Positions 1 through 9,551 of a stretch of DNA of 64,000 bases are shown here, piece after piece. Within the stretch, counting starts at the first letter, position 1; the number at the start of each line of letters is the position of its first letter. The position numbers and the translations under genes are program-made. The DNA lies in assembly GCA_035533655.1 (NCBI GenBank), contig DATLTJ010000093.1, positions 1,988 to 65,987 on the forward strand, written 5' to 3'. This stretch comes from Candidatus Acidiferrales bacterium. Lineage in GTDB: Bacteria; Chloroflexota; Dormibacteria; Aeolococcales; Bog-877. The notes beneath the pieces were generated by a model. The model saw only the letters and a list, made by a program, of their open reading frames with translations. It had not been told where the DNA came from and did not search any database.

Positions 1-753
1 AGGGTCGCCGGGCGCTGGTGCTGGCAGAGATCGGGAATGGGCTCTTGACCCCGCTCATCCCGATCGCGGGACTGCTCCACGGACCAGTGCTGGTCGTGAT
101 TTTTGTGGTGACCGCTCCACTCAGCCTTCTCAAGGGTTTTTGCGCGGCTGGCGTGGCCTCGCTCACCCCCCGGATCGCGAGCCGCGACCAGCAGATCAGG
201 GTGTACTCGCTGGTGGAAACAGCGGCGGCGTTGGCCTGGGTCGCAGGACCTCTGTTAGCCGGGATTGTGGCCACCGCTTTCGGTGCGGCCACCGGTTTGG
301 CGATCGACGGCGTCTCCTTCTTCATCTTGGCGGTGGGTTTGGCGGTGCTGCGCGCGGAGCCTCTGGTCATCAGCTCCGCCGCGGCGAGTGTCTGGCAGGA
401 CGCGCGGGCGGGACTGCACTATTTCATCGATCACGCCAACTTGCGGCGCGCTCAGCTGGCCTGGACCTTTGTACACCGCGGTTGGTTTCGAGGTCGTCCT
501 AGGCCTGGTCTTCGTGTCCACCGCCGAGCCGCGGTAGCGATCGCCGCGTAGGCGGCGGGCTCCGCCCTGGGGCCGTTCGCCGCCGGGGTCAGAACCCCAG
601 GGCGCTGGTGACTGGGAATCGCGGGGGGATTTCTGGTTCTGGCGCTTGGTGCCGCCCTGATCAGCGCCAGTCAGCCTTTCCTGGTGATCGGTTTGGGGCT
701 CGCCAGCTGGGCTGGTCTCGGCGACCGCCGCCTCCCGTTGCCTAACGTCCACT
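1..753 (+). pseudogene. MFS transporter, 5' end outside window, disrupted by frameshifts and in-frame stops
   Basis: The frame-3 ORF 18..551 gives MFS-like helices (LTPLIPIAGLL, AGPLLAGIVATAFGAATGLAIDG). Sense is lost near ~470, where the hydrophobic reading continues in frame 1 (YTAVGFEVVLGLVFV). Frame 3 then carries TAG 549-551 and TGA 609-611 before a last TM-like stretch LGIAGGFLVLALGAALISASQPFLVIGLGLASW ending at the stop at 751-753. Confidence 0.5.
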
Positions 754-776
754 GAGTCGAATTGGCAGCCGCCGCG

Positions 777-1739
777 CTACTCCACCCCGTCGAGTACCCG
801 ATCCAGCTCCGCCCAGTCGGCCTCGGTCGCAATCCACCGGGCCGCCTCAACATTGGCGACGACCTGCTCAGGCCGGGTGGCACCCGCGATCACGGAGGCC
901 ACCTGGGGCCGCCCGAGAAGCGCGCCGAACGCCACCTGCAATAGGGAGAGACCACGCCGCTGGGCAAAACGCTCGAGGGCTTCAACCGTGTCGAAGCTGG
1001 TCTGATCATCCAGCATTCCCGAGTTCGAGGCATGGCTCGCCCGCGACTCCGGAGGCGCTGGCTGGCCCCTTCGGTACTTCCCCGTCAGCAGGCCCCGGGC
1101 CAAGGGGTAGTACGGCAGCAGCTGCATCCCCAAGTGATCCAGTGCCGGTAGGAGGTCACGCTCGGCCTCCCGGTTGAGCAGGCTGTACTCATCCTGGGCA
1201 CTTACGAAGGCGGTCAAGCCTAAGGAACGGGCGGTCCAGTCGGCCTCCACCACCTGCCAGCTCCGGAAGTTTGAGCACCCGATCCAGCGCACCTTGCCGG
1301 CCTGGACCAGTTCGTGGAGAGCTCCCAGGGACTCCGCGATGGGAGTGGCGGGATCGGGCTCGTGCATCTGATAGAGGTCGATCACGTCGACGCCCAGCCG
1401 CCGGAGGCTGGCCTCGGCAGAGGCCTTGATGTAGTCGGGTGAACCCCGATGCTGAGCGGGATCGTCCCCGGCTCGCTTCATACCGAACTTGGTGGCGATC
1501 AGCGCCTCTTCGCGTCGCCCTTGGAGAGCTTCTCCCAGGAGCCGCTCGCTCTCGCCCCGGCCATAGATGTCGGCGGTGTCGAAGAGGTTGATGCCAAGTT
1601 CGAGGGCGGCATCGACCACCTTCCCCACGGCCTTGTCGGGCATCCGAGTGCCGAAGCTGTTGGTTCCGAGTCCGACCACGGAGACGGCAGGTCCGCCCAG
1701 ACCGAGGAGGCGCCGGTCGAATTCCACCGCTTTGCTCAC
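777..1739 (-). CDS. aldo/keto reductase family oxidoreductase
   Basis: 320-aa ORF with a GTG start preceded by GGGAGA. AKR signatures are present: LGINLFDTADIYGRGESERLLGEAL, IATKFG, IDLYQMHEPD, VIAGATRPEQV. Confidence 0.9.
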   Translation of the reverse strand: MSKAVEFDRRLLGLGGPAVSVVGLGTNSFGTRMPDKAVGKVVDAALELGINLFDTADIYGRGESERLLGEALQGRREEALIATKFGMKRAGDDPAQHRGSPDYIKASAEASLRRLGVDVIDLYQMHEPDPATPIAESLGALHELVQAGKVRWIGCSNFRSWQVVEADWTARSLGLTAFVSAQDEYSLLNREAERDLLPALDHLGMQLLPYYPLARGLLTGKYRRGQPAPPESRASHASNSGMLDDQTSFDTVEALERFAQRRGLSLLQVAFGALLGRPQVASVIAGATRPEQVVANVEAARWIATEADWAELDRVLDGVE

Positions 1740-1926
1740 CGGCAGGTTCTCCCATTCAGTTCGGTCAACGCCGACTCCTCCATGGTGTCAGAAAGCCCCG
1801 GTCTGCCGCCACTCCGCAAGTAATCGAATTGGACACGGTCGGCAGCGGGTATTTAGCTCGACGCCCTCTCAGTGGCGCCATCGGCACCGTGGCCCCTATC
1901 GCCACGGCCCCGGTAACGTTGGCCAG

Positions 1927-2886
1927 ATGGGGAGGAAAGCTCACCTGGCGCGCCAAGGGGCTGGGCTGCTGCTACCGGTTCGCCACGGTCTTCTGGCTTG
2001 GGTCGTAGTTGCGGCCGCGGTGGGGCTCGCCCTGCCTAATGGCGCAGCGGTACTCAATCCGTTGGTCCCGGTGTTGCTTGCCGGCCAAGTTCTGGGAGTA
2101 GCGCTCAACCTCACCCCGGGAGAGGTGCGATCCGCTGCTCGAGACGCTCGCCTGGTAGGGGCGGCGCTGGTGGTCCAGTGGACGGTCCTGCCCGGGCTCG
2201 GGCTGCTGCTGCACCTGGTGGCTCCGACTCCGCTGCTCGCAACTGGGATCATGATCTGCGCTGCCTCTCCGGCGGAGATCACGAGCGGCCTGCTGGCGAC
2301 CATCGCCGGCGGCGACACCGCGCTCGCCATGGCCTGCATGTCAGGTTCGTTGGCCCTCTCCATCGTGCTCACCCCGTTCTGGCTGGCGGTGGGCCTCGGG
2401 TCAGATGTCCACATCAGACCCACCTCCTTGGCCCTGGAGCTGGCGCTCTCCGTCCTGCTGCCCCTGGTGGTAGGGATCACCCTGCGGGCACGATTCCCCC
2501 GAATCGCCCGCTGGCGTCATCTATTTCTGGATCTCAGCGCGTCGTGCCTGGTCTTGGTGGTCCTCGCCGGAACCACCAGTGCGCGGGGGGTGCTAACCTC
2601 GCCGGCGATCTTCGCGATTCTGCTGTTGGTCGGGGCTCTTTTGGCGGGCAGTGGACTGGCCGGTTGGGGATTCGGCCGGGTATTTCGGTTGCGCCGTCGG
2701 CAGGCGCTCGCGGTCGGCTTCCCGATTGGGATTCGAGAATTCGGCGTGGCGATCGCCATCGCCGTGGTGGTGGCCCCCCACGCCAGCGCGGTGGGCGGCG
2801 TCTACGGGATCGTGATGGTCGCCACTGCCGGCACTCTGGCATCCCGCTTAGGCACGCGAAGCTGGGGGCGGCCCCAGCCCAGTTGA
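1927..2886 (+). CDS. bile acid:Na+ symporter (BASS)/ACR3-superfamily transporter
   Basis: Polytopic 319-aa protein from the in-frame ATG at 1927 within ORF 1567..2886. The upstream 120 codons are Arg/Pro/Ser-rich and lie antisense to the AKR gene. Motifs: GVALNLTPGEV, ICAASPAEITSGLLATIAGGD, GFPIGIREFGVAIAIA. Confidence 0.7.
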   Translation: MGRKAHLARQGAGLLLPVRHGLLAWVVVAAAVGLALPNGAAVLNPLVPVLLAGQVLGVALNLTPGEVRSAARDARLVGAALVVQWTVLPGLGLLLHLVAPTPLLATGIMICAASPAEITSGLLATIAGGDTALAMACMSGSLALSIVLTPFWLAVGLGSDVHIRPTSLALELALSVLLPLVVGITLRARFPRIARWRHLFLDLSASCLVLVVLAGTTSARGVLTSPAIFAILLLVGALLAGSGLAGWGFGRVFRLRRRQALAVGFPIGIREFGVAIAIAVVVAPHASAVGGVYGIVMVATAGTLASRLGTRSWGRPQPS

Positions 2887-2926
2887 ACCGGTGAGCGCTC
2901 GACGCCTCAGACCACAGTGTTCCGCA

Positions 2927-5056
2927 TCAGCGCACCAAGAGCACGAGCACGAACACCGCCATCAGATAGAGCAGATAGAGGCTGACCTGACCAGACTGGA
3001 ATCGGCCGGCCACTGCAGAAATTCGCCGCGCTGCGTTGAGGATCGGTTGGTACGCGTAGGCGTCCACAGGCTCGACGACCCGCCGCAGGTAGCGAACTGA
3101 ATGGGCGAAGAAGGGTGCCTGGTGATAGTCGCGCTCGACAGCGCGCTGGTCGCGGAACACCCCGCCGAACGTTGATCGGAAGAGATTCGTGAAGGCGGTG
3201 GAGGTGTACTGCATAGCGGGCCGGTAGTCGCTTCCGGCACCGATCCAGACGGCCCTCTCGCGCCGGGTCCGGCGCCCCAGCAAGCGGAGCGCACCGGCGG
3301 TCAGCGCGATGATGCAGACCAGACTCAGGAAAATATAGGTGGGCGAAATGAAGGCATAGTTGAAGCTGGTGGGTACGATCACCATCCCGTTGGCGTGGAG
3401 GATCTGGCTGAGGAACGTTCCCCCCACCTGAATCGGCAGAGCGAACTGGGCCGGGTGCAGAAAGAACGGCGGCAGCAGCGAATTGAGCAGGCCCGGTACA
3501 TGGGTGGCGCCCTCCGCAGACGCCACGGCCGCCCCGATCCCGAGTGGGGGTAGCAAGGCCGTGATCACCGCGACGCCAGCGGTCACCAGCATGCCCAGCC
3601 GCATGGTGACGGGCACCTCGACGGCTTGCGCCGCCCGACGGCTGCGGGGGGCTCCCAGGAAGGCGCCGCCAAAGACGCGGATGTAGGCGGTCGCCGCCAG
3701 CGCGAAGGTCAGCGTGAGCAGCATGCCCGCGGCGGCCATGTAAACCCGGCTTTCCGGAGTGTCGAGCACGCGGGCACGGATGAGCATCTGCAAGCCTAGC
3801 CATTCGGTCTGGAACCCATTCAAAGGTGGGACTCCAGCCAGACCCATCGCCCCGATGAAAAACAGAATGGTGGTCCACCGCATGCGCCGAGCCAGGCCGC
3901 CGAGACGGTCCATGTCGAGGCCGCGGGCACCCACGTCGACGCAGCCGGCGCCCATGAACAACGTGCTCTTGAGCAGGGCGTGGTAGAGCGCATGGAGGAT
4001 GACCACCACCAGCGCCGCCGCCGCGAGCAGGCGGTGGTGGCTGCTGGCGAAGACCAGTGCCACGCCCAGCATCGCCACCATAAACCCCAGGTTCTCGATG
4101 GTGCTGTAGGCCAGCATTCGCTTGAGATTCGGCACCAGCAAGGAGAACAGCACTCCGTACGCGGCGGTCACCACGCCCACGCCCAGAGCCAGGTAGCCCC
4201 ACCAATCGGCCGGCGAGGGGAGCAGGGTGACGACGGTCAGCGTCAAGCCGTAGATGCCCATCGAGACCACGATGCCCGAGAGGGCCGCGGATACGTTGGC
4301 CGGAGCGGCGGGATGGGCCTCAGGGAGCCAACCCTGCAGCGGTACCAATCCCGCCTTGACGCCGAACCCCACCAGAAAGAGTACGAATGCGACCGAGGCG
4401 AGCGCCCCACTCGCCACCGGGTGGTGGGCCAGAGTTGCGAACGAAACCCCCGCCCGAAGGGCTCCTACCGCGATGAAGCCAACCGCCATCGCGATGAAGC
4501 CGATCTTGGCCAGCGCCAGCATCAGGAAGGCGGCTTGGGGGCGCCCCGGGCGATCGAACTCCAAGGTGACCAGGATGTAGGTGGCACTCACCATCACCTC
4601 CCAGGCCAAAAGGAAGGTGAAACCGTTGGCGGCGGCCAGCACCAGCAGGATCGAGGCGAAGCTGAGGTTGAGCAAACTGTGCAGGCTGGCCTGGCGGCTC
4701 GGCCCGCCCACGTGGGGGGCGTATCCCGCGGTATAGAGGGAGATCCCCGTACCGACCACGCCGCTCAGCAGTAGAAAGGTCCCCGCCAGCGGGGTCGCTC
4801 GGAAAGCCAGACCTCCGAGCGGCGTGCTGATCGGCATGGTCAGGCTGGCCTGGGCACCTCCCAGCCACATGGCGGCGGTGACTACGACCAGCAACCCGGC
4901 GCCTATCGCCGCCGCCACCGAGAGATCAGCCAGGAAGCGCCAGCGCAGGACGCCCAGTCCGAGCAAGCCGGCCAGGGCATAGCAGGCCACCGCCGCCGCC
5001 AGCAACTCAAGTGCCACCAGGGGCCTCCTGGTCGGCGCGGTACCGTTCGGTGGCAC
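2927..5056 (-). CDS. NuoL/HyfB/HycC-like antiporter-type membrane subunit of hydrogenase-like complex
   Basis: 709-aa polytopic protein with the Mrp/NuoL core pattern (GWLPEAHPAAPANVSAALSGIVVSMGIYG, LKRMLAYSTIENLGFM, HALYHALLKSTLFMGAG). It is the last gene of the operon. The start is uncertain: the annotated start overlaps the upstream gene by 50 nt, and an alternative Val codon lies near 5017. Confidence 0.85.
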   Translation of the reverse strand: MPPNGTAPTRRPLVALELLAAAVACYALAGLLGLGVLRWRFLADLSVAAAIGAGLLVVVTAAMWLGGAQASLTMPISTPLGGLAFRATPLAGTFLLLSGVVGTGISLYTAGYAPHVGGPSRQASLHSLLNLSFASILLVLAAANGFTFLLAWEVMVSATYILVTLEFDRPGRPQAAFLMLALAKIGFIAMAVGFIAVGALRAGVSFATLAHHPVASGALASVAFVLFLVGFGVKAGLVPLQGWLPEAHPAAPANVSAALSGIVVSMGIYGLTLTVVTLLPSPADWWGYLALGVGVVTAAYGVLFSLLVPNLKRMLAYSTIENLGFMVAMLGVALVFASSHHRLLAAAALVVVILHALYHALLKSTLFMGAGCVDVGARGLDMDRLGGLARRMRWTTILFFIGAMGLAGVPPLNGFQTEWLGLQMLIRARVLDTPESRVYMAAAGMLLTLTFALAATAYIRVFGGAFLGAPRSRRAAQAVEVPVTMRLGMLVTAGVAVITALLPPLGIGAAVASAEGATHVPGLLNSLLPPFFLHPAQFALPIQVGGTFLSQILHANGMVIVPTSFNYAFISPTYIFLSLVCIIALTAGALRLLGRRTRRERAVWIGAGSDYRPAMQYTSTAFTNLFRSTFGGVFRDQRAVERDYHQAPFFAHSVRYLRRVVEPVDAYAYQPILNAARRISAVAGRFQSGQVSLYLLYLMAVFVLVLLVR

Positions 5057-5849
5057 GTCCCACGGCCAGCAAGAGCCCGTGCAGGAGTGCCTGGGGGGTC
5101 GGGGGACAGCCCGGCACGTAGGCGTCCACCTGGAGGAGCTGGTCCAGCGGCCCCACCGTCATGGGACCACCGGCAAAGCTGCCGCAGCTGACGGCGCAGG
5201 CGCCCGCCGCGATCACCAGTTTGGGAGCTGGCATGGCGGCGTACGTCGCCAGCAGGGTCTCCTTCATATTGCTGGTCACCACGCCCGTGACCAGCAGCGC
5301 ATCGGCGTGCCGCGGCGTGGGGGTGAAGAACAGCCCTAGTCGGTGCAGGTCGAGGTAAGGGGAGCTCAGCATCTGCAGTTCGGATTCGCAGCCGTTGCAG
5401 GAACCGGCATCCACGTGCCGGATATGCAGTGACCGGCGAAAGAGGCGGTAGGCACTCTGTTGGACAGCCGTTGACGCTTCCAGCAGCGATACCGGAGCTG
5501 GTGCCTGCCCTTCGCTCCACCGGAGAGTGGTCCGCAGGTGGTCGCGGCTCCGGACCGCCACCCGGGGATCGTCGACTCGCGTGAAGGCGGCGGGAAACTC
5601 GCGCGTGCAGCGCCCACAGAGAGTGCAGGCACCGGCGTCGAAGCGCAGCTCTCCGCTCGCATCGGTCCCGCGGGCTTCGATGGCTGCCGTGGGACAGAGC
5701 GAGCCGGCAGCCAGCGCTTGGCGGCCGGTCAGCCCCTGCCACCGCAGCCGGACGGCCGAGGGCGCCTCCTCCTCTCCGACAATCCTGCGATCCGGGAAGC
5801 GCGTGGTCCGAATACCGGTCCTGAGCCCCTTCACAATCCAGCGGCTCAT
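5007..5849 (-). CDS. fusion of a ferredoxin-like domain and a NuoB/HycG-like hydrogenase small subunit
   Basis: The C-terminal half has NuoB/HycG cluster motifs HVDAGSCNGCESE, AAGACAVSCG and VPGCPP. The N-terminal ~110 aa carries only one CxxCxxC (GACTLCGRCTREFP) plus one CP (SLCPTAAIE). Its ATG overlaps the stop of the upstream gene (ATGA at 5846-5849). Confidence 0.85.
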   Translation of the reverse strand: MSRWIVKGLRTGIRTTRFPDRRIVGEEEAPSAVRLRWQGLTGRQALAAGSLCPTAAIEARGTDASGELRFDAGACTLCGRCTREFPAAFTRVDDPRVAVRSRDHLRTTLRWSEGQAPAPVSLLEASTAVQQSAYRLFRRSLHIRHVDAGSCNGCESELQMLSSPYLDLHRLGLFFTPTPRHADALLVTGVVTSNMKETLLATYAAMPAPKLVIAAGACAVSCGSFAGGPMTVGPLDQLLQVDAYVPGCPPTPQALLHGLLLAVGRATERYRADQEAPGGT

Positions 5850-7393
5850 CGGTCGAACTCAGCCGGCGAGATCGAAAAGCTGGCCTCGATCACGGGGTAA
5901 TCGGTCAGGTTGTTGCCACTCCCACAGGCGTGGGCGAAGGGATGCCAGTTGACCACCGCCGGCGGTCGCGCTCGCCAGCGAAGCACCCGACCCTCCTGGT
6001 CCAGGTCCACCCAGTGAAGGGTCTCGCCGCCGGGGGCCTCAGCCCAACCGAGCCCGGAACCTGCGCGCCAACGGGGAGCCACCGGCTGCTCGGCGCCGGA
6101 CGGCCACCCGGCCAGCAGCTGCCGCATGATCGTCAGGGACTGCGCCAGTTCGGCGGCGTGCACCTGGAAGCGTGCCTCGGCGTCGCCATCGGCCACGGTG
6201 GGAACGTCGAATTCCACCGATCCGTAGGCAGCGTACGGGTGGTCCCGGCGCACGTCGCGGTCAATTCCGGACGCGCGTCCCACCGGTCCGACCAGGTTGT
6301 GCTCGGAGGCGTAGTCCGGCAGCAGGATCGCCGTCGTATCGAGCCGATCGACGAAGGTGGAAGTCTGCTCCAGCAGCCGTCTCAATCCCTCCGACCGCTC
6401 CCTCCACTCGTCCAATTGGGCTCTCAGTTGGTCGCGGGCTCCGGCCGCCAGCCCCAGCTCCAGGCCGCCGATTCGCAGGACTCCCCGGAGGTAGCGATGG
6501 CCGGTGAGCCGGCCGGCGGCCCGCAGAGCCTCCTCTTTGAGCAGGCTATATTGGGCGGCCGCCACCAGCAGTCCCGTGGCCTCGGCCAGCCGCCCGATGG
6601 TACCGAAGTGGTTATAGAGCCGCTCCAGTTCGCCGAGCAAGGCTCGGGTGTGCTCGGCGGTGGGGCCGACCGAGACTCCCACCGCCCGCTCCACCGCCCG
6701 GGTGAAAGCCAGCCCGTTGGCGAACCCGGAGGTGCCGGCCAGACGCTCGGCCAGCTGCAGTGCCCGATCGGCGGGCTGGCCTTCGGCGAATTTCTCGATC
6801 GCCCGGTACTTGAATCCGAGACGGACCTCCAATTCCACGATGTCCTCGCCGCCGGAGAAGAAGAGGAACTCCGCCGACTCTTGGGGTCCGCTGCGAACCG
6901 GGCCGAGAGGCAGCTGGAAGACTCCTTGTCCGGTAACGGCCAGCCGCGGCCTGACGTGCGGCGGGTGGGGAAATCGGCCCACCTCGGCTGGCCGATCGCG
7001 CATGGGCCGGTGTCCGACCGGCCAGCTGTGCAACCGCAGCCGATCGGGCGCCGGATGGCCGACCGGCTCGAGCCCATGCATCTCGAGGATTTCGCGCTCA
7101 TACCAGCTGGCCGCGTGCACCTCGGGCGTCAGCGAGGGGAATCGCATCGCGCCCAACTCGCTGGTGAGCAACAACCAGGCCGGATCCCCCGCCATCTGGA
7201 GGACCGCGGTTAGGCGGGGGGGTGCCGGGGGCGTGGTGGTGGCGAACAGGTCCGAGAGCGTGGCCCTGCCCACCAGGGCGCCGACCCGATCGCGGAACTC
7301 GCCTTCGGGGCAGTCAGCCCACGCTTCGTCGCCGCTCCGCCACTTGACCACCAGGCCCGCGCCCGACGCCAAGCGCTCGAGTGCGCTGCTCAT
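5846..7393 (-). CDS. HycE-like large subunit (NuoC-NuoD fusion) lacking Ni-Fe cysteine ligands
   Basis: The N-terminal part is NuoC-like (WYEREILEMHGLEPVGHP) and the remainder is NuoD/HycE-like (GPVRSGPQESAEFLFFSGGEDIVELEVRLGFKYRAIEK). The ligand motif positions read LAERLAGTSGFAN and SISPAEFDR-stop, with no Cys. The start was re-picked to ATG 7393, which forms an ATGA overlap with the stop of the upstream gene. Confidence 0.85.
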   Translation of the reverse strand: MSSALERLASGAGLVVKWRSGDEAWADCPEGEFRDRVGALVGRATLSDLFATTTPPAPPRLTAVLQMAGDPAWLLLTSELGAMRFPSLTPEVHAASWYEREILEMHGLEPVGHPAPDRLRLHSWPVGHRPMRDRPAEVGRFPHPPHVRPRLAVTGQGVFQLPLGPVRSGPQESAEFLFFSGGEDIVELEVRLGFKYRAIEKFAEGQPADRALQLAERLAGTSGFANGLAFTRAVERAVGVSVGPTAEHTRALLGELERLYNHFGTIGRLAEATGLLVAAAQYSLLKEEALRAAGRLTGHRYLRGVLRIGGLELGLAAGARDQLRAQLDEWRERSEGLRRLLEQTSTFVDRLDTTAILLPDYASEHNLVGPVGRASGIDRDVRRDHPYAAYGSVEFDVPTVADGDAEARFQVHAAELAQSLTIMRQLLAGWPSGAEQPVAPRWRAGSGLGWAEAPGGETLHWVDLDQEGRVLRWRARPPAVVNWHPFAHACGSGNNLTDYPVIEASFSISPAEFDR

Positions 7394-8874
7394 CGGCCAA
7401 CCACGTGACTGGCCCCCAACAGCAAGGAGTGCAGCGGAGCGGGAATCCACAAGCCGAGGATCAGCACCAGTGCCAAGAGCGCGAATCCCGGCGCGAGCAC
7501 CGGGAATCCCAGATCAGCTCGGGGCTGCGCCGGCTGGGCATCGCCGTCGCCGAAGGTCATCCGGCTGAAGGGCGCAACCAGGGCGATGAACCCGACCAAA
7601 AGGAGGGTGGCGATCAGGGCGCCGGCACCCCAGTCCGGTTGACCTAGTGCGCCGCGCACGATCGAGAATTCGGAGACGAATAGGCCAAAGGGAGGCGCTC
7701 CCCCGATGGCGAGGGCGCCCACTATGACCAGCGCCGCAGTAGCCGGGGCCACCCGCACCGCGCCACGGATCTCCGCGATGGTGGTGGTCCGAAAACGTAG
7801 CAGCAGATTGCCCGAGGCAAAGAACATGAGCGTCTTGGCCAAGCTGTGGGTGAGCATCTGGAGCAAGGCTCCGACCACGGCCAGCGGGGCTCCAATCCCG
7901 AAGCCCGCGGCGATAAGACCCATCTGCTCTACTGACGAGTAGGCGAGCAGCCGCTTGAAGTTCCGTTGCGAGATCAGGAATACGACCCCCACGGTCATCG
8001 ATAGCAGACCGAATCCGAGCATCGCCCGGTGGAGATCCTCGGCGTGACTGCCGGCCGACGGGGTGGCCAGGGACAGGACACGGACGATGGCCAGCATGGC
8101 GCAGTTCAACTCGGCTCCCGACAGCATGGCGCACACGGGCGCGGGAGCCTGGCTGTGCGCATCTGGCAGCCAGGTATGCATGGGCGCCAGACCGGCCTTG
8201 GTGCCGAAGCCCACCAGAACCAGCAGGAAACCCAGCCCCGCCAGGGACGGCGACAGGTGGGAGCCCGCGGCAGCTAGCACTGGGATGGAGAAGTTGTACG
8301 CGGATCCCAGCGCAGCGATGCCGGACGCGTACAGCAGCAGAAAGCCAAGGAGCGCAATTAGCTCGCCCGCGACCGCTAGGATTAGGAACTTCCAAGCCGC
8401 CTCCAGCGGCTCGCGGGAGCCGTAGAAATCGACCAGCGGAGCCGAGGCAAAGGTGGTGGCCGTTACCGCCGTCCAAAGCAGCGCCAGGTTGCCCGAAACG
8501 CTGGCCAGCACCATGGTGAAGGTGAAGAGGTGGAAGAGCGAAAAGTACTTTCGTAGCTCACCCGGTCGCAGCACATGGCCTTGCTCGGATGAGCGAAAGT
8601 AGGCGACCGAGAAGGCGCCAGCCAGGGCCGAGACGAACATCACCACCAGCAGCACGATGGCGTTGAGGTCGTCAAAGTAGAGCCAGTCGCCGAGGGCTTG
8701 CATCGGGCCCGCAGTGAGCAGCCGAGCGATCAGCGTCAGGGCCAACCCAAAGGTGATGAGCGAGCTCGGCACGACCATCTCATAGCGGGTACGGTCCTGA
8801 CGGACCACGGCGCTGGCGACCGCAGTCAGCAGCGGGACCGCCAGCAGGCAGAGCAACAGCGCGGAGTTGATCAT
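7390..8874 (-). CDS. NuoN/NuoM/HyfF-like antiporter-type membrane subunit
   Basis: 494-aa polytopic protein with motifs TKAGLAPMHTWLPDAHSQAPAPVCAMLSG, FKRLLAYSSVEQMG and HSLAKTLMFFASG. It shares an ATGA overlap with the upstream gene at 8871-8874. Confidence 0.85.
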   Translation of the reverse strand: MINSALLLCLLAVPLLTAVASAVVRQDRTRYEMVVPSSLITFGLALTLIARLLTAGPMQALGDWLYFDDLNAIVLLVVMFVSALAGAFSVAYFRSSEQGHVLRPGELRKYFSLFHLFTFTMVLASVSGNLALLWTAVTATTFASAPLVDFYGSREPLEAAWKFLILAVAGELIALLGFLLLYASGIAALGSAYNFSIPVLAAAGSHLSPSLAGLGFLLVLVGFGTKAGLAPMHTWLPDAHSQAPAPVCAMLSGAELNCAMLAIVRVLSLATPSAGSHAEDLHRAMLGFGLLSMTVGVVFLISQRNFKRLLAYSSVEQMGLIAAGFGIGAPLAVVGALLQMLTHSLAKTLMFFASGNLLLRFRTTTIAEIRGAVRVAPATAALVIVGALAIGGAPPFGLFVSEFSIVRGALGQPDWGAGALIATLLLVGFIALVAPFSRMTFGDGDAQPAQPRADLGFPVLAPGFALLALVLILGLWIPAPLHSLLLGASHVVGR

Positions 8875-9515
8875 CCCCGCAACCGAGTGAGCTCTGAGGT
8901 GTCCGTGCTGGAGACCTCCTGGTGCATGCGAGCGACCAAGAAACCCATCACCAGCACCGCGATCAGGACGTCCAGCACGATCGCGAATTCAATCAGTAAG
9001 CTGAGCCGGGGAGCCAGCACCAGGCCCACCAACAGGAGGCCGTTCTCCGCCGCCAACAACCCGGTGACCTGGAGGATGGCGTCGCGGCGGGCCGTGGTCG
9101 TGAACAGTCCTAGGAGCAGTACGGCCAAGGCGATCCCCAGCACCGATTCGGGTAGGAGCTGATGGGTGTAGGGAATCCGCGTGGCCGCGATGAAGCCGAT
9201 CAACGTCAACCCCGCCCCGATCAACAGGGCCGTGGGAAACCGGACAAAGTAGGAGGTTTCCCGTCCTCCGGCCAGGACGAACGTGGTACGCCGCCGCAGG
9301 ATCTGCGGGACGACCACGCCCTTGACGGCGATCGTCAGCAGGCCGAACAAAAGCAACTCCAGGAATCTGGAATCGGCGAACAGGGCGATCGCCACCCCTC
9401 CCAGCAACCACGACTGGACGGCATATGCCGAGACGGCGGCGCGCAGCTGGCGGGTGACGATGAAGGCGAAGGTGACTAGCAGGATCAGGGCGGCGAGGAT
9501 CACTTCAGCTAGCAC
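8871..9515 (-). CDS. HyfE-like small membrane subunit
   Basis: 214-aa protein of about 7 hydrophobic helices, sitting between the NuoH-like and NuoN-like genes as in hyf-type operons. There is no enzymatic motif, so the call rests on context and topology. Confidence 0.65.
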   Translation of the reverse strand: MLAEVILAALILLVTFAFIVTRQLRAAVSAYAVQSWLLGGVAIALFADSRFLELLLFGLLTIAVKGVVVPQILRRRTTFVLAGGRETSYFVRFPTALLIGAGLTLIGFIAATRIPYTHQLLPESVLGIALAVLLLGLFTTTARRDAILQVTGLLAAENGLLLVGLVLAPRLSLLIEFAIVLDVLIAVLVMGFLVARMHQEVSSTDTSELTRLRG

Positions 9516-9551
9516 GAAGCGCTCCCCCGAACGGGTACGTCGGCCGGCCCA

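Noticed and set aside
1567-1926. A 120-codon N-terminal extension of the BASS transporter ORF. Analogous extensions occur on the amidohydrolase (31190-31501), aspartate kinase (42918-43157), cupin (37272-37427), leuC (24117-24281), ilvN, ilvC and formamidase ORFs.
   Set aside because: The extensions are Arg/Pro/Ser-rich, overlap neighbouring genes, and precede internal ATG/GTG codons. Those internal codons coincide with conserved family N termini, RBS motifs or stop/start coupling.
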